DNA from: an uncultured cyanobacterium
GTDB lineage: Bacteria; Cyanobacteriota; Cyanobacteriia; Cyanobacteriales; Nostocaceae
DNA: 64,000 nucleotides
Assembly (NCBI GenBank): GCA_963740315.1
Contig: CAVUDP010000001.1
Location: 992,001-1,056,000, forward strand
Direction: 5' to 3'
This document shows, piece after piece, positions 63,960-64,000 of this stretch. The translations under genes and the position numbers were made by a program. The first letter of the stretch is position 1; each line of letters starts with the position of its first letter. The notes under the pieces were generated by a model. The model saw only the letters and a program-made list of their open reading frames with translations, had not been told where the DNA came from and did not search any database.

Positions 63960-63990
63960 GAAACCCGGTTTTTTGGAAAAACCGGGTTTC
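63960..63990. repeat. short-loop hairpin GAAACCCGGTTTTT-TGG-AAAAACCGGGTTTC
   Basis: Perfect inverted repeat; relatives near 48002 and at 14941. Confidence 0.7.
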
Positions 63991-64000
63991 TCAACACTCA

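Larger units (their letters stand above)
1..64000. repeat. HIP1 octamer GCGATCGC dispersed throughout the window
   Basis: Many copies, e.g. near 841, 2523, 3008, 6008, 16422, 22386, 27051 and 47632. Confidence 0.9.

Noticed and set aside
1..64000. tRNA or rRNA genes
   Set aside because: None recognised by eye; a tRNAscan-SE/Infernal run would be needed to exclude them and other ncRNAs

Overview
AT-rich chromosomal segment of a heterocyst-forming cyanobacterium. Nostocales is inferred from abundant HIP1 GCGATCGC octamers, heptameric STRR arrays, psaAB, ldpA and a patS gene. Most of the window is core genome: bioA, ycf45-ldpA, two-component and c-di-GMP genes, lepB-pyrC-patS-tsaE-yvcK-ruvC, a cysteine desulfurase, GNAT-yqgF-DUF3727, Omp85, psaA-psaB, ubiA and ppx. 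Items the ORF track misses: patS (ERGSGR peptide, 18405-18446), a 56-aa small protein, and a probable EamA deletion relic. Accessory parts: a DUF433/PIN toxin-antitoxin pair; an orphan M.PvuII-like methyltransferase; a REP-associated tyrosine transposase (RAYT) that, together with a pentapeptide-repeat gene, is bracketed by perfect 27-bp inverted REPs; and a TerY-P triad (vWA, PP2C, kinase) whose phosphatase has an in-frame TGA and whose kinase has an unusual C-terminal module. Intergenic DNA is dense with nested small repeats. Several hairpin families occur both with short loops and with loops of a near-constant 34-38 nt. All calls come from reading the sequence; no database searches were run.
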